62,418 nt of DNA from a virus (lineage: Duplodnaviria; Caudoviricetes), in IMG/VR virus record IMGVR_UViG_3300021963_000132, positions 1-62,418 of that record. One strand, written 5' to 3'. The position numbers and the translations under genes are program-made. Shown here in pieces: positions 44,154-53,766 of this stretch (positions are counted from its first letter, which is position 1; the number at the start of each line of letters is the position of its first letter). The notes below the pieces were generated by a model. The model was not told the DNA's origin and did not search any database. It saw only the letters and a program-made list of their open reading frames with translations.

Positions 44154-46487
44154 ATGACAGATTGGAATAAAGTGCTTCAGTTTCTGGAGCCCAAGGAGCC
44201 GCTCTTCTGCCCAGAGGAGCCGTCAATTACGCAAAAGGTATTTTTGCGTACATATTGCATGGAGGCGCTATTCGGCGGAGCGGCTGGCGGAGGAAAAAGT
44301 TCGGCTTTATTGATGTCGGCGTTGCAATATGTTGATATTCCCGGATACTCTGCAATTATTTTTCGTCGTACGTATGCTGACTTGGCCCTACCTGGCGCAA
44401 TCATGGACCGTTTCATTAATTGGGTGGCCCCCTATGATGAAGTTCGTTGGAATGCCAATAACTATATTGCTACATTCCCATCTGGAGCCAGAATTTCGTT
44501 TGGATATCTGAATAATCAACAAGATTATTTACGCTACAAGGGGCCGATGGCGAAAGGAACAGAAGTATTGACCAGTATTGGCTGGAAGAAGATTGAAGAC
44601 ATTCAGGTCGGGGAGTTGGTTGCCTCGATGAATCCAGCAACTCGTGAGTGGGATTACCAGCCGGTCACCCATACTTGGGTCTACGACCATGACGGTCCGA
44701 TTTATAGCCCGCGCAAAGGGTCTGACGTTTCGTTCGCGGCCACCGAGGACCACACCTGGTGGGTGTCAACGCAAAAGATTAATCAATTGCGTAAGTACAG
44801 AACTAACGAATTGCCCAAGGTTGCACGATTTCCGCAGGCAGCCGAATTTGTGGGCGGCCTTCATCCGGGCGCTTCACTCTTTCCCCGTTCTGGCCACGGC
44901 AAACAGAAAAGTTCTGACCTCGTATTCTCTGCTGAAGCATGGTCAACATTTCTTGGGTGGTACATAGCAGAAGGATGCACAAGCAAGGGCTCAATCCATA
45001 TAGCGCTACATGACAGCCATAGCAGAAATCATAAAAATAATTTAGTGCACCTGCTTGAGTCTTCTGGCGCACACGTTTATGACAACCCACGATACTTGCA
45101 GTTCTCTAACCAGAAACTTGCTTCCTGGCTTGACGAAAACACCGGCAAAGGGGCACACAACAAGCGAATCCCCGACGAAGTGTTCCTTTGGAAAACCGAG
45201 TATGCCCGCCTTGTCCTTCAGTCATTGGTTGAGGGCGATGGCACTTGGAGAACTGATACGAATGCGCATTTTGTGACTGTTTCGCGCGAACTTGCTGATG
45301 ACATAATGCGTCTCGCTCAGCACTGCGGGTTCAGGGCAACCCTTGATGAACGCCACGACAATACGGTAACGCCGGACGGAAAGAAGCATGAAGTAACTGC
45401 CTTCCATGTTCACCTCTTGCATCGAGCCGGACACGACACTGGGATTAGCCTTGCTATTGATAATCAGCCGATTGTTTCCGAGCACTACAAAGGAACAGTC
45501 CACTGCCTCACTGTCCCACCACATCACACATTTTTGATTCGCCACAATGGCAGGGTTGTGTGGACTGGTAATTCAGAATTTCAGTTTATTGGGATGGACG
45601 AGGTTACGGAAATCAGAGAATCTGACTATCGTTACCTCTTCTCTCGTATGCGTCGCCCTGTATCTGGACCCCTATCCCAAGTCCCACTACGAATGCGCTC
45701 CGCCTGCAACCCCGCACCCAACTGGGTGAGACAGAGATTCATCGTAGAAGGGCAGACCGAGGGAAGAATTTTCGTACCTTCAAAATTGTCCGATAACCCT
45801 GGAATCGATGCTGATTCGTATCGTGCGGCACTTCAGGCACTAGACCCCCTGGAACGGAGGAGATTGGAGGAAGGCGACTGGTGGGCCACAACCCTTGGTT
45901 CAATGTTCCAGCGTGAGTCGATTATTGTTATTGACCCGACGGACTTGCCCAAAATCACTTCGTCTGCGCGTGCAGTTAGATTCTGGGACCTTGCGGCTTC
46001 GGAGCCAAGTCACACCAACCCCGACCCCGACTGGACGGTTGGCACTTTGATGCTTTTTGATAGCGGAATTGCTTACATACTTGATGTTCGGCGTGCTCGC
46101 GTACGGGGAGAAAAAGTTGAGGAACTAGTTGCTAGAACAGCGTATGAAGATGGGCACTCCGTAGCAATTCGCATGGAGCAGGAGCCTGGTTCGTCTGGAA
46201 AGGCGTTAATCGACCAGTATGCTCGCTACGTTCTGCCGGGTTTTGATTTTCAGGGTATTCGTTCAACCGGCGACAAGGTCACCAGGGCTCGCCCCTTTGC
46301 AGCGGCAGCCGCAAATGGAAACATTCGTTGCGTTCGTGGGCCGTGGCTCACCGACTGGCTTGATGAATTATCAACCTTCCCCGAAGCGTGTGACCACGAC
46401 GACCAGGTAGACTCGGCCGTCGGTGCATTCACCTATCTCGCTGGTTTGGGGTTGCCCCAACGCAAGCGGGTGGGTATCATCATCTGA
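44154..46487 (+). CDS. terL: Terminase large subunit containing an intein
   Basis: Walker A FGGAAGGGKS; after intein removal Walker B FIGMDE; CNP motif; nuclease FWDLA...DWT...EQEPG...HDDQVDS. Confidence 0.93.
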   Translation: MTDWNKVLQFLEPKEPLFCPEEPSITQKVFLRTYCMEALFGGAAGGGKSSALLMSALQYVDIPGYSAIIFRRTYADLALPGAIMDRFINWVAPYDEVRWNANNYIATFPSGARISFGYLNNQQDYLRYKGPMAKGTEVLTSIGWKKIEDIQVGELVASMNPATREWDYQPVTHTWVYDHDGPIYSPRKGSDVSFAATEDHTWWVSTQKINQLRKYRTNELPKVARFPQAAEFVGGLHPGASLFPRSGHGKQKSSDLVFSAEAWSTFLGWYIAEGCTSKGSIHIALHDSHSRNHKNNLVHLLESSGAHVYDNPRYLQFSNQKLASWLDENTGKGAHNKRIPDEVFLWKTEYARLVLQSLVEGDGTWRTDTNAHFVTVSRELADDIMRLAQHCGFRATLDERHDNTVTPDGKKHEVTAFHVHLLHRAGHDTGISLAIDNQPIVSEHYKGTVHCLTVPPHHTFLIRHNGRVVWTGNSEFQFIGMDEVTEIRESDYRYLFSRMRRPVSGPLSQVPLRMRSACNPAPNWVRQRFIVEGQTEGRIFVPSKLSDNPGIDADSYRAALQALDPLERRRLEEGDWWATTLGSMFQRESIIVIDPTDLPKITSSARAVRFWDLAASEPSHTNPDPDWTVGTLMLFDSGIAYILDVRRARVRGEKVEELVARTAYEDGHSVAIRMEQEPGSSGKALIDQYARYVLPGFDFQGIRSTGDKVTRARPFAAAAANGNIRCVRGPWLTDWLDELSTFPEACDHDDQVDSAVGAFTYLAGLGLPQRKRVGIII
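44544..45572 (+). mobile_element. Class 3 intein (343 aa) with LAGLIDADG homing endonuclease
   Basis: Starts YKG|PMAKGTEVLT (Pro1) and ends WTGN|SEF. WCT triad: block B TEDHTW, block F VHCLTV, block G TGN. LAGLIDADG motifs FLGWYIAEG and LQSLVEGDG. Confidence 0.88.
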
Positions 46488-46512
46488 ACACACCCAATAC
46501 GAAGGGGGCACA

Positions 46513-47004
46513 ATGGAAGCGCTTGAGCGCATTGCCGAAATACGAAAGACACTCGACCAATCAATAGTCGCAGCGCTTGCTGCCACGGGAGAGGGTGGCG
46601 CATCTCTCGATGACATTTGCGAGGTTCTCTTGGCTCTGCGCGACTTAAAGCGCGATGTCGCCGCATTGGACGGAGAGGTCGAGCAGGCCATCATTGGGAT
46701 AATGGACGAGAGTATCGTTATTCTTGCCTCCGGTCAACAGGTTGAGAAACGAACGGGCGCAGACCGCAAGGCGTGGGACCATAAGTCGCTCGCCTCTGTT
46801 GTCGCGGAAAGGGTCTACGAGTCATCAATTGACATGGATACGGGCGAGGTTCTATTGTCGCCCAAGGACATGATGGCGAAGATGTTTGAGTACGCGGCCC
46901 CTTCCTACTGGAGGGTCGGGGAACTCAACAAAATCGGCATCTCCGCCGATGCCTATTGCGAGAAAAGCGAAGGCAAAACCAGTATTTCCATCAGCAAAAA
47001 ATAG
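46513..47004 (+). CDS. Hypothetical phage protein
   Basis: Likely start MEALERI after GAAGGGGG; first gene of the recombination cluster. Confidence 0.7.
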   Translation: MEALERIAEIRKTLDQSIVAALAATGEGGASLDDICEVLLALRDLKRDVAALDGEVEQAIIGIMDESIVILASGQQVEKRTGADRKAWDHKSLASVVAERVYESSIDMDTGEVLLSPKDMMAKMFEYAAPSYWRVGELNKIGISADAYCEKSEGKTSISISKK

Positions 47005-47019
47005 GATTAAATCATCATT

Positions 47020-47844
47020 ATGTCTACTGCTAAGAAACAAACACCTGCCACTACCACCGAAGGGGAAAACATGACCACCGACACTGAGCACTCTCCTCTT
47101 GAGGAGCGCGTTGCCAAAGAATCGTACTATCGGGAATTGCGCGCCAAGGATGAGAAAAAGTGCAAGGAGGAGATGCATTCTCTTCTCATTGACTTGAGCG
47201 AGCCTTTTCCTCCGGAAGTTGAGCGAGAACTACGCAAGGGCGGAACATCGCTTACCTACATTCCCGTAAGTGAAGTGATTGCTCGCCTGAATCGATGCTT
47301 TGGCGTACTGAATTGGTCGTCGGAGATTGTCAGGTGCGAACGTGACCCTCTTGACCCCGACTTCATCGTCGCTCATGTTCGTCTGACGGCCTACTCAGAC
47401 GGCGGCTGGGGCAGCAGCGTCACCAAGGATGGTTTTGGTGGACAGAAAATCAAGCGCACCAAGCAGGGCGAAATCGTTGACCTTGGTGATGAGTTCAAGG
47501 GAGCCGTGTCTGACGCACTCAAGAAGGCGGCACAGCAGTTTGGTGTTGCCCTGTATCTCGCCCGCTCTGATGAGGCCCTAAGCATAGAGATTGAGCAGGA
47601 TATGGCGCAGTCACGCCCTCAGATTGACCCGAAGGTTGCTGGTTTATGGGAGCAGTTCAAGACAATTAGTGGTGGGTTCAATGCTGAGCAGAAGGCACAA
47701 CTCGGTAAGTTCTGGAACGAGTACGCCAATGGTGCGCCAAAGCCCACGATTGAGACCGCTACACCTCAGGTGATGATGGCCCTATTGGAGGAATGCACTC
47801 GCATTAGTTTCCCCGGTTCCGAAGTAATCACGGATTCGGAATAA
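47020..47844 (+). CDS. Rad52/22-family (Sak-like) single-strand annealing protein
   Basis: LTYIPVSEVIARLNRCFG..WS and KGAVSDALKKAAQQFGVALYL. Confidence 0.85.
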   Translation: MSTAKKQTPATTTEGENMTTDTEHSPLEERVAKESYYRELRAKDEKKCKEEMHSLLIDLSEPFPPEVERELRKGGTSLTYIPVSEVIARLNRCFGVLNWSSEIVRCERDPLDPDFIVAHVRLTAYSDGGWGSSVTKDGFGGQKIKRTKQGEIVDLGDEFKGAVSDALKKAAQQFGVALYLARSDEALSIEIEQDMAQSRPQIDPKVAGLWEQFKTISGGFNAEQKAQLGKFWNEYANGAPKPTIETATPQVMMALLEECTRISFPGSEVITDSE

Positions 47845-47850
47845 TCGGAA

Positions 47851-48639
47851 GTGGCTGACCTAACCGAACCAATTGGACCGCCATACAAGCCACCGGCATA
47901 TCTATCCCCATCATCGATGGGCACATTCCGGCAATGCCCACAGAAGTTTAAGTTCTCCAAGATTGATGGATTGCCAGATAAGCCAAGTGAAGCCACGCTC
48001 CTAGGCAATTTTGTTCATGAGATTCTTGAGAACTTCTATGTCCTCCCCAATGACGAACGCTCAATTGGGGCAGCAAAAGGACTTGCCGCACAGGTATGGG
48101 CTGAATCCGGATGGGAAGAGCGTATTGATGGCTACGTCAAACCCGACCAATTCAGGCGTTTTCGTTGGAATGCTTGGTGGTGCATTGAGAACCTATGGAA
48201 GGTTGAGAATCCAAAATCAATCAGCCCACTCGGCATTGAGCGCGAAGTAATGGGGAATCTCAAGAGCGCACCTGTTCGTGGCTTCATTGACCGATATGAG
48301 ACATCCGATGATGGCTTGATTCGCATCTCTGATTACAAAACCGGCAAGACCCCAGCCAAATCGTGGGTGGCAGACAAGTTCATTCAGTTGCGCATCTATG
48401 CAGCGCTCATGGCACCGGAGTCACCAGATGTTGGCACTCTCCAGTTGTTGTATCTGAAAGACGGGGTATCATTCTCTTACCAGATAACGCCAGAGAATAC
48501 TGAAGATATTATTAACTACGTTGAGGAGACATACAACGAGGTTCTTGCCGCATGCAACAGTGGCGATTTCCCGTATAGTCGCTCACGTCTCTGCGATTAC
48601 TGTGCCTACAAACCAATATGCCCAGGATGGAAAAAATGA
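47851..48639 (+). CDS. PD-(D/E)XK RecB-like/Cas4-like exonuclease
   Basis: LSPSS...CP...GNFVHEILE...E...RGFIDR...ISDYKTG...QLRIYA...CDYCAYKPIC. Confidence 0.88.
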   Translation: MADLTEPIGPPYKPPAYLSPSSMGTFRQCPQKFKFSKIDGLPDKPSEATLLGNFVHEILENFYVLPNDERSIGAAKGLAAQVWAESGWEERIDGYVKPDQFRRFRWNAWWCIENLWKVENPKSISPLGIEREVMGNLKSAPVRGFIDRYETSDDGLIRISDYKTGKTPAKSWVADKFIQLRIYAALMAPESPDVGTLQLLYLKDGVSFSYQITPENTEDIINYVEETYNEVLAACNSGDFPYSRSRLCDYCAYKPICPGWKK

Positions 48640-49142
48640 AACAAATTACCGATGACGCCTTCGCTTACCTAGTAGCCGAGGAGGTCAAGAATCGCCTCGC
48701 CCCATCACAACGAGAGATTCTGCTTAACGAAAGCAATTGGACCCGCTGGCAGCGTGCTTTGGTCGCGCTGGTTGAGAATCTTGATGAGCAGTTGCTTTCC
48801 CTCGCTGACAGCGAATCATCTGACGAAAAGAGATTCTCTGAAATCGGAAGCAAGAGGATGCAGGCATCCATGCGTTCGTCATACAACCAAAAGAGGACGC
48901 GTATCGAGCGTTTTCGTTTTCATGTCAACAAGCGCCTAGACGAAGTTACGGTCATGATTGAGACCGGAGTAACCCCCACAAGCAATCCCTGGGAAGTTGT
49001 GGAATTTCTTAAGCGAGCGATTTACCAGCATCGCAAAATGATGCATGAGAATGACCTCGAGCCAACCCCAATAGATACCGCTCTGTGGGCAGCACTTTCC
49101 GAAAAGTGGGAATTTGATAACATTGACACATCGCTTCTCTAA
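48636..49142 (+). CDS. Hypothetical protein
   Basis: Likely start MKQITDD overlapping the upstream stop; helical composition. Confidence 0.7.
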   Translation: MKQITDDAFAYLVAEEVKNRLAPSQREILLNESNWTRWQRALVALVENLDEQLLSLADSESSDEKRFSEIGSKRMQASMRSSYNQKRTRIERFRFHVNKRLDEVTVMIETGVTPTSNPWEVVEFLKRAIYQHRKMMHENDLEPTPIDTALWAALSEKWEFDNIDTSLL

Positions 49143-49153
49143 CGGGGGTCAAT

Positions 49154-49465
49154 GTGTTGCGTCGACGGAGTAAGAAAAAAGAAAAAGAATACGTCGTACG
49201 CAGGGAAATTGTAGGAAGACTCCTTTCTGAGCGCCCCTATTGTGAGGCGTGTCCAAAATTTGCCAAATACGACGGCAAAGTGTCATATGTGCGCCGCGGA
49301 AGCGTTGATATTCATGAGGTTGTTCGCCGTTCACAGGGCGGCTCAATTATTGATGAATCTAATTTGCTCGCAGTATGCCGTGAGTGCCATAACCGCATTG
49401 GTCGTGAGCCGCAGTTGGCATTCGACCTGGGCCTAGCCAAGCATGGCTGGGAGCGCGACAGTTAA
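49154..49465 (+). CDS. HNH endonuclease
   Basis: CEAC...DIHEVVRRSQGG....SNLLAVCRECHN. Confidence 0.82.
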   Translation: MLRRRSKKKEKEYVVRREIVGRLLSERPYCEACPKFAKYDGKVSYVRRGSVDIHEVVRRSQGGSIIDESNLLAVCRECHNRIGREPQLAFDLGLAKHGWERDS

Positions 49466-49558
49466 GTCGTCACAAATTTGGGGGAATTGTTCACCGGGAA
49501 GGCGATGTGGTGTAGTAAAGTCTATTTGTCGTAACCCTCACTAGACACGGAGACAAAT

Positions 49559-49945
49559 ATGAGTGAAGTCCTTACCCTCCAGATTCCAGGAACCCTTGCT
49601 ACTAGCAGCGAAGTAAAGGTAGTTGCTCCAGTATCTGGAAAAATTACAGGCGCATATGTCGCCGTAACCACCGCCCCAGTTGGTAGCGCCCTTACCGCTA
49701 ACCTTCTGGTTGGAGCCAGTACTGCTGGTGCCTTCTCGGTCGCCGCTGCTGGAACAAGCGATGAGGCTACCCTTACCGCCGCCAACTGCTCCTTCAACAA
49801 GGGTGACGTAATCACGCTCGACATCACTGCTGTCGGTTCTAGCACCGCTGGCGCCAACATTGTGGCTTCTGTCGCCGTGGAAGTCGATGCCGAAGAGACC
49901 ACCCCAATCGCCATTGAGCCCGACAACCGCTTCGGCCAAGCCTGA
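49559..49945 (+). CDS. Small Ala/Thr/Val-rich beta protein, possibly virion decoration
   Basis: GGAG RBS, composition and codon bias; followed by a terminator-like hairpin. Confidence 0.6.
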   Translation: MSEVLTLQIPGTLATSSEVKVVAPVSGKITGAYVAVTTAPVGSALTANLLVGASTAGAFSVAAAGTSDEATLTAANCSFNKGDVITLDITAVGSSTAGANIVASVAVEVDAEETTPIAIEPDNRFGQA

Positions 49946-50016
49946 TAGCGGCACCGTCTAGCGGTGCGACAACCGAATACCTTTAGGTAAACAGTTCCGT
50001 TACCTTAGGAGTCACT

Positions 50017-50041
50017 GACGGGAGGGAGACCTCCCGTCTTT
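50017..50041 (+). terminator. Putative rho-independent terminator
   Basis: 9-bp stem GACGGGAGG / CCTCCCGTC with GAGA loop, followed by a short TTT tract. Confidence 0.55.
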
Positions 50042-50068
50042 GGCATTTCCGGGTGCTACGGTGAACCC

Positions 50069-50602
50069 ATGCGCCTTGTTGGTCTTGACCTCTCCCTGAC
50101 CTCGACCGGCGTATCTATTGGTGGCTCAACACGCGCAATAACCAGCAAACATAAAGAAGTTCAGCGTCTTCGGGATATTCGTGACCAACTCTCTGATGTT
50201 CTTCTGGACGCCCAAATACAGGGTGCAATCATTGAGGGGTATGCATTTTCTGCACGCAATTCGCAATCACACAAGATTGGTGAACTGGGTGGCGTTGTGC
50301 GTCTACTGTTGCACGAGATGATGATTCCATTTGTTGATGTACCGCCCACCAGTCGCGCAAAATTTGCAACAGGCAGGGGCAATGCAGCAAAGACAGAAGT
50401 TATTTCTGCTGTATCTGCGCGCACTGGACTTGTTTGGTCGGGGAAAAGTGCAGATGATGAATGCGACGCGTGGCTACTTGAAGAAATGGGCTTGCAGGCA
50501 TTGGGTATCGGCAAGTACAGTTGGCCTGAAGCAAATATGTCATCGCTCAAAAATATAGATTGGTCACCAATAAAGGAGGTTGCTCGTAATGGGGCTTCGT
50601 GA
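50069..50602 (+). CDS. RuvC-like Holliday junction resolvase
   Basis: VGLDLSLTSTG...IIEGYAF...ELGGVVR...KFATGRGNAAK...DDECDA. Confidence 0.88.
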   Translation: MRLVGLDLSLTSTGVSIGGSTRAITSKHKEVQRLRDIRDQLSDVLLDAQIQGAIIEGYAFSARNSQSHKIGELGGVVRLLLHEMMIPFVDVPPTSRAKFATGRGNAAKTEVISAVSARTGLVWSGKSADDECDAWLLEEMGLQALGIGKYSWPEANMSSLKNIDWSPIKEVARNGAS

Positions 50603-50936
50603 TAACCCAATTAGTCAGGTAGAAATCGAGTCTGAACTTCTCCGTCTCATTGACATGCTGGAAGAAGAGACGGAGGCATTTGAAAAACTTGCCGAAGATG
50701 CAGCCAAAAAAGAGGCTATCTACAAAGCCAACTGGGCCAAGGAGTACCTTGCCGCGAAAGGCTCCATCAAAGAGCGCGAAGCGTGGGCTGACTATAAGTT
50801 GGCAGACGAGCAATTTGATTACAAAATTTCTGAGGCCCTCGTAAAGTCAAAGCGCGAAAAACTTCTTTCGCTGCGCACCTCCATTGATGCCATGCGAACA
50901 TTGAACGCCAACGTCCGAGCACAAGTTATGCCATGA
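50589..50936 (+). CDS. Hypothetical coiled-coil protein
   Basis: AAGGAGG RBS before MGLRDNP; helical heptad pattern. Confidence 0.75.
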   Translation: MGLRDNPISQVEIESELLRLIDMLEEETEAFEKLAEDAAKKEAIYKANWAKEYLAAKGSIKEREAWADYKLADEQFDYKISEALVKSKREKLLSLRTSIDAMRTLNANVRAQVMP

Positions 50937-50984
50937 TGTAATCAAGGCAAGAAATCAAGTTACTCATTCATTTGTGGAGAAATC

Positions 50985-51782
50985 ATGAATCATAAAGTTG
51001 ATGAATCACTAGTTAGTCTTCTGGTTGACATCGGAACACTCGTTCCCCTTGCTGGCAATCCGCGACGCGGAAACATTGATGCAATCGTTGCATCGTATGC
51101 CGAATTCGGGCAAGTTAAACCAGTTGTTGTCCGTCCCAACGACGATGGCACAGCAACGATTATTGCAGGCAACCACCAGGTTATGGCTGCAAAAAAGTTA
51201 GGCTGGACGCACATTGCGGCTGTTCCTATGGATGCCGATGACTCCCGAGCAATTGCATTTGCCCTCGCTGATAATCGAACTTCCGAGTTGGGGCAAACCG
51301 ATGACGCTCTTGTGTCGGAACTCCTGGCCAATGTTGTCGACGATTACGGCAGCCTATTCGATGACCTCGGCTGGGATGAATTCGAAATTGCCGCAATGGA
51401 GGAGGTCGCATTTGAGTCCGACCGCACGGGAAGTAAGCGCGAGGCGACCCCCTATATTCCCCCGGTAATTCAAGATATTCCGAACGTCAATGAAGCAATT
51501 CTCTCCTCATTGGTGAAAAGCAACGACGAAGGGGAGAGGCAGATTGTTGCGCCGTCGAACGTCGAACACAAGGATGTAGTTGTTCAGGGCAGCGGCTTGG
51601 TGACCGGACAGATGCAAAATATGCCCAAGGCTGTCGTTCAGTACACGATTGTTTTTGATGACCCAGAACAACAGCGTCGGTGGTACGACTTCATTAGGTG
51701 GCTACGCAATGAGCCAGCATATGATGGAGAAACAAATGCCGAAAAATTAATTTCGTTTATTGATGCACACTCAGAGTGCTAA
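50985..51782 (+). CDS. ParB/Srx-like N-terminal domain protein
   Basis: NPRRG...S..EFGQVKPVVV...IIAGNH...AAKKLGW...ALADNRT. Confidence 0.85.
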   Translation: MNHKVDESLVSLLVDIGTLVPLAGNPRRGNIDAIVASYAEFGQVKPVVVRPNDDGTATIIAGNHQVMAAKKLGWTHIAAVPMDADDSRAIAFALADNRTSELGQTDDALVSELLANVVDDYGSLFDDLGWDEFEIAAMEEVAFESDRTGSKREATPYIPPVIQDIPNVNEAILSSLVKSNDEGERQIVAPSNVEHKDVVVQGSGLVTGQMQNMPKAVVQYTIVFDDPEQQRRWYDFIRWLRNEPAYDGETNAEKLISFIDAHSEC

Positions 51783-51783
51783 T

Positions 51784-51984
51784 TCACCACTTGCCCAAGG
51801 GGCAACTTGCGTTTTTTAGGCGAACCTTTATCTTCATGAAGCAACCACACTCTTTGCATGTTCTCGTGGGTCGGAATAACCTGTCGCACGAAATGCAGAG
51901 GTTCCAACGCTTGACGGCATAATTCGGCGCATCAAGGTCGCCGTCAACTCCAGCGGCCAATGGCTCATCTTCTTCAGATTGCAT
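51784..51984 (-). CDS. Small Cys-rich protein (DUF6171-like)
   Basis: R...CISCD...TCKECGCFM..K..L..ASCPLGKW. Confidence 0.7.
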   Translation of the reverse strand: MQSEEDEPLAAGVDGDLDAPNYAVKRWNLCISCDRLFRPTRTCKECGCFMKIKVRLKNASCPLGKW

Positions 51985-52315
51985 TTTTTGCTTTTCCTTC
52001 TAAAACAAATGTTTTATGTGAATAACGATAAATGAGATTTTGCAGATGTGTTGCCATTCCTGCCAAACCAACAATGTCTACCAGCGGCATTCCATCATCG
52101 ATGTAGCGAATTGTGTTAATAACCTCACTTACTGATTCATCTTCGCGAGATACTATCGACAATGTTGCATCCTTTGATTTATTATCCATGCGTAATTCCC
52201 ATATCCTGCCGAGATATGTTGCTCGCACAGAAACGTAAAATCCCAAAGTTTCTACTTGAGGAATATCTTCGGGATTAGTTATTACTAGTGGCATTTCTGG
52301 TTCTGGTGCAATCAT
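51974..52315 (-). CDS. Hypothetical protein
   Basis: Likely start MIAPEPE; part of a minus-strand cluster of small genes. Confidence 0.55.
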   Translation of the reverse strand: MIAPEPEMPLVITNPEDIPQVETLGFYVSVRATYLGRIWELRMDNKSKDATLSIVSREDESVSEVINTIRYIDDGMPLVDIVGLAGMATHLQNLIYRYSHKTFVLEGKAKNAI

Positions 52316-52325
52316 GGCTCTCTCT

Positions 52326-52652
52326 TTATGCTGGCGCGACAAAAAACCCAATAAGGAAGCATATTGCTCCAATGATGACTGTGCTACCAATCCATGCCAA
52401 CAATTTCATTGCTCCTCCATCTATTTGCTCCACCGAAAGGCTATCAGGGTCTTTGTCGATGTTAAAGAAGTCGTCTTCAAAAGTATTAAGGGAATCACCA
52501 TCGACCACAAAATCTGGTATGAGTCGCTCTTCTATGACGATTATTTCCATAAGTCTTGAAACGACATCACCAGTACTAATGAATTCGCCAGTATTATCCA
52601 AATTTCTGGAAGCGAGTTCAACAACGTAGTCTTCAAGGTATTTTAAATGCAC
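52326..52652 (-). CDS. Hypothetical protein with C-terminal TM helix
   Basis: LLAWIGSTVIIGAICFLIGFFVA. The true start may be internal. Confidence 0.5.
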   Translation of the reverse strand: MHLKYLEDYVVELASRNLDNTGEFISTGDVVSRLMEIIVIEERLIPDFVVDGDSLNTFEDDFFNIDKDPDSLSVEQIDGGAMKLLAWIGSTVIIGAICFLIGFFVAPA

Positions 52653-52657
52653 GATTT

Positions 52658-52876
52658 TTACCTATCGCGAAAGAGTAGGTGAAATGCAAGCAGACCAGCA
52701 ATAGCGCCAGATATTTCTGGCCCATAGCCAAGTGCCTTAAGGTGATGAACATCACGAGTAATAGTATTGCGTTTGCGCTTAATGGCAATTACGTCATACA
52801 CAAGTATGAAAAAGGTTACCGCCAGGGGGCCGGTTAAGTGTTTTTCATCAAGTTTACGCAGTAATTTATTCATCAT
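52658..52876 (-). CDS. Small two-TM membrane protein
   Basis: Likely start MMNKLL; hydrophobic segments LAVTFFILVYDVIAI and ISGAIAGLLAFHLLF. Confidence 0.55.
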   Translation of the reverse strand: MMNKLLRKLDEKHLTGPLAVTFFILVYDVIAIKRKRNTITRDVHHLKALGYGPEISGAIAGLLAFHLLFRDR

Positions 52877-53123
52877 CGGCAAGCGACAACGCTGGGAGCG
52901 AGTCATCGGAGGCACGTCGGTGGGCGTGATTCCTTAACAGACGAGAAATTTCTGTGCCAAATCGCTCATCGGCAAAAGTCTTCATGTCCTCAAGGAGAAA
53001 TGCCATTTCGTCAGAGTGGTCAACCTCATCGACATAGCGAGCCCTCTCCGTAGCAACTTCTTCCTTGAGTTCTGAGACTTTTTGTTTCAGTGAATGAATC
53101 TTATTGACGAGTTCACTCATCAC
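52866..53123 (-). CDS. Hypothetical coiled-coil protein
   Basis: ORF with GAGG upstream, packed against its neighbours. Confidence 0.6.
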   Translation of the reverse strand: MMSELVNKIHSLKQKVSELKEEVATERARYVDEVDHSDEMAFLLEDMKTFADERFGTEISRLLRNHAHRRASDDSLPALSLADDE

Positions 53124-53292
53124 GTTCCTCTCGGATGCGGTCTACGCCTGCTCGCGCTTTTCTGATGCGCAAATTGTTGTTATTCATCACCAATGAGCGA
53201 AGCAGTTTTGTCGCCTGTTCTTCAGTGAGACTATTTTCGTCAGCACCAATAAGTGCTGCGGCTTCCCTGATTATCCCTATTCGTTTTTCCAT
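53113..53292 (-). CDS. Hypothetical protein (59 aa, below the track cutoff)
   Basis: Manual translation MEKRIGIIREAAALIGADENSLTEEQATKLL...; fills the gap in the cluster. Confidence 0.55.
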   Translation of the reverse strand: MEKRIGIIREAAALIGADENSLTEEQATKLLRSLVMNNNNLRIRKARAGVDRIREERDE

Positions 53293-53352
53293 ACTGAATC
53301 ACCTGACCTGGACAAATGATACATCGCAAGTATGGATAGGAGTAACAGGTGG

Positions 53353-53766
53353 TCAGCGCTTATTCTTTTTGCCCCTACGACCAAATAGGCGAGCGAAGAA
53401 GCCCTTCTTTCTGGGTAGGGGGGTTCTTACCGGGGTGGGACTTGACCAGGTTGTATTGACAGTAACCTGTGGCGTTGCGCCCGATGCGGTCGTTGTCGTT
53501 GCGGCTGGTGCGATTTCGGCTCCAGTTACCTGAACATTGGGGACCGGGCGGGTTGCGGCAACTCGCGCCGGATTCTTCTTGGTAGTGGGGGCAACGGTCG
53601 CTTCCTTGCGGGGACGTCCGGGCTTACGCTTGGCGGCGCTGGATGAAGCGGGATTCGACTTCTTTGCAGCACCACCTTTTGCGGCAGCCTTCTTGGGCGC
53701 CACCTTGGGAGTAGCGGCCGTTTTGGTTGTTTGCTTTTTGTTTTTGTTGTTTTTGGAAGTAGCCAT
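53353..53766 (-). CDS. Basic Lys/Ala/Thr-rich histone H1-like protein with AT-hook-like motif
   Basis: MATSKNNK...APKKAAAKGGAAKK...KRKPGRPRK. Confidence 0.6.
   Translation of the reverse strand: MATSKNNKNKKQTTKTAATPKVAPKKAAAKGGAAKKSNPASSSAAKRKPGRPRKEATVAPTTKKNPARVAATRPVPNVQVTGAEIAPAATTTTASGATPQVTVNTTWSSPTPVRTPLPRKKGFFARLFGRRGKKNKR

Noticed and set aside
47851-48639. Cas4-like nuclease as evidence of CRISPR-Cas
   Set aside because: I saw no repeat-spacer array or other cas genes; its position next to Rad52/Sak indicates a recombination exonuclease.
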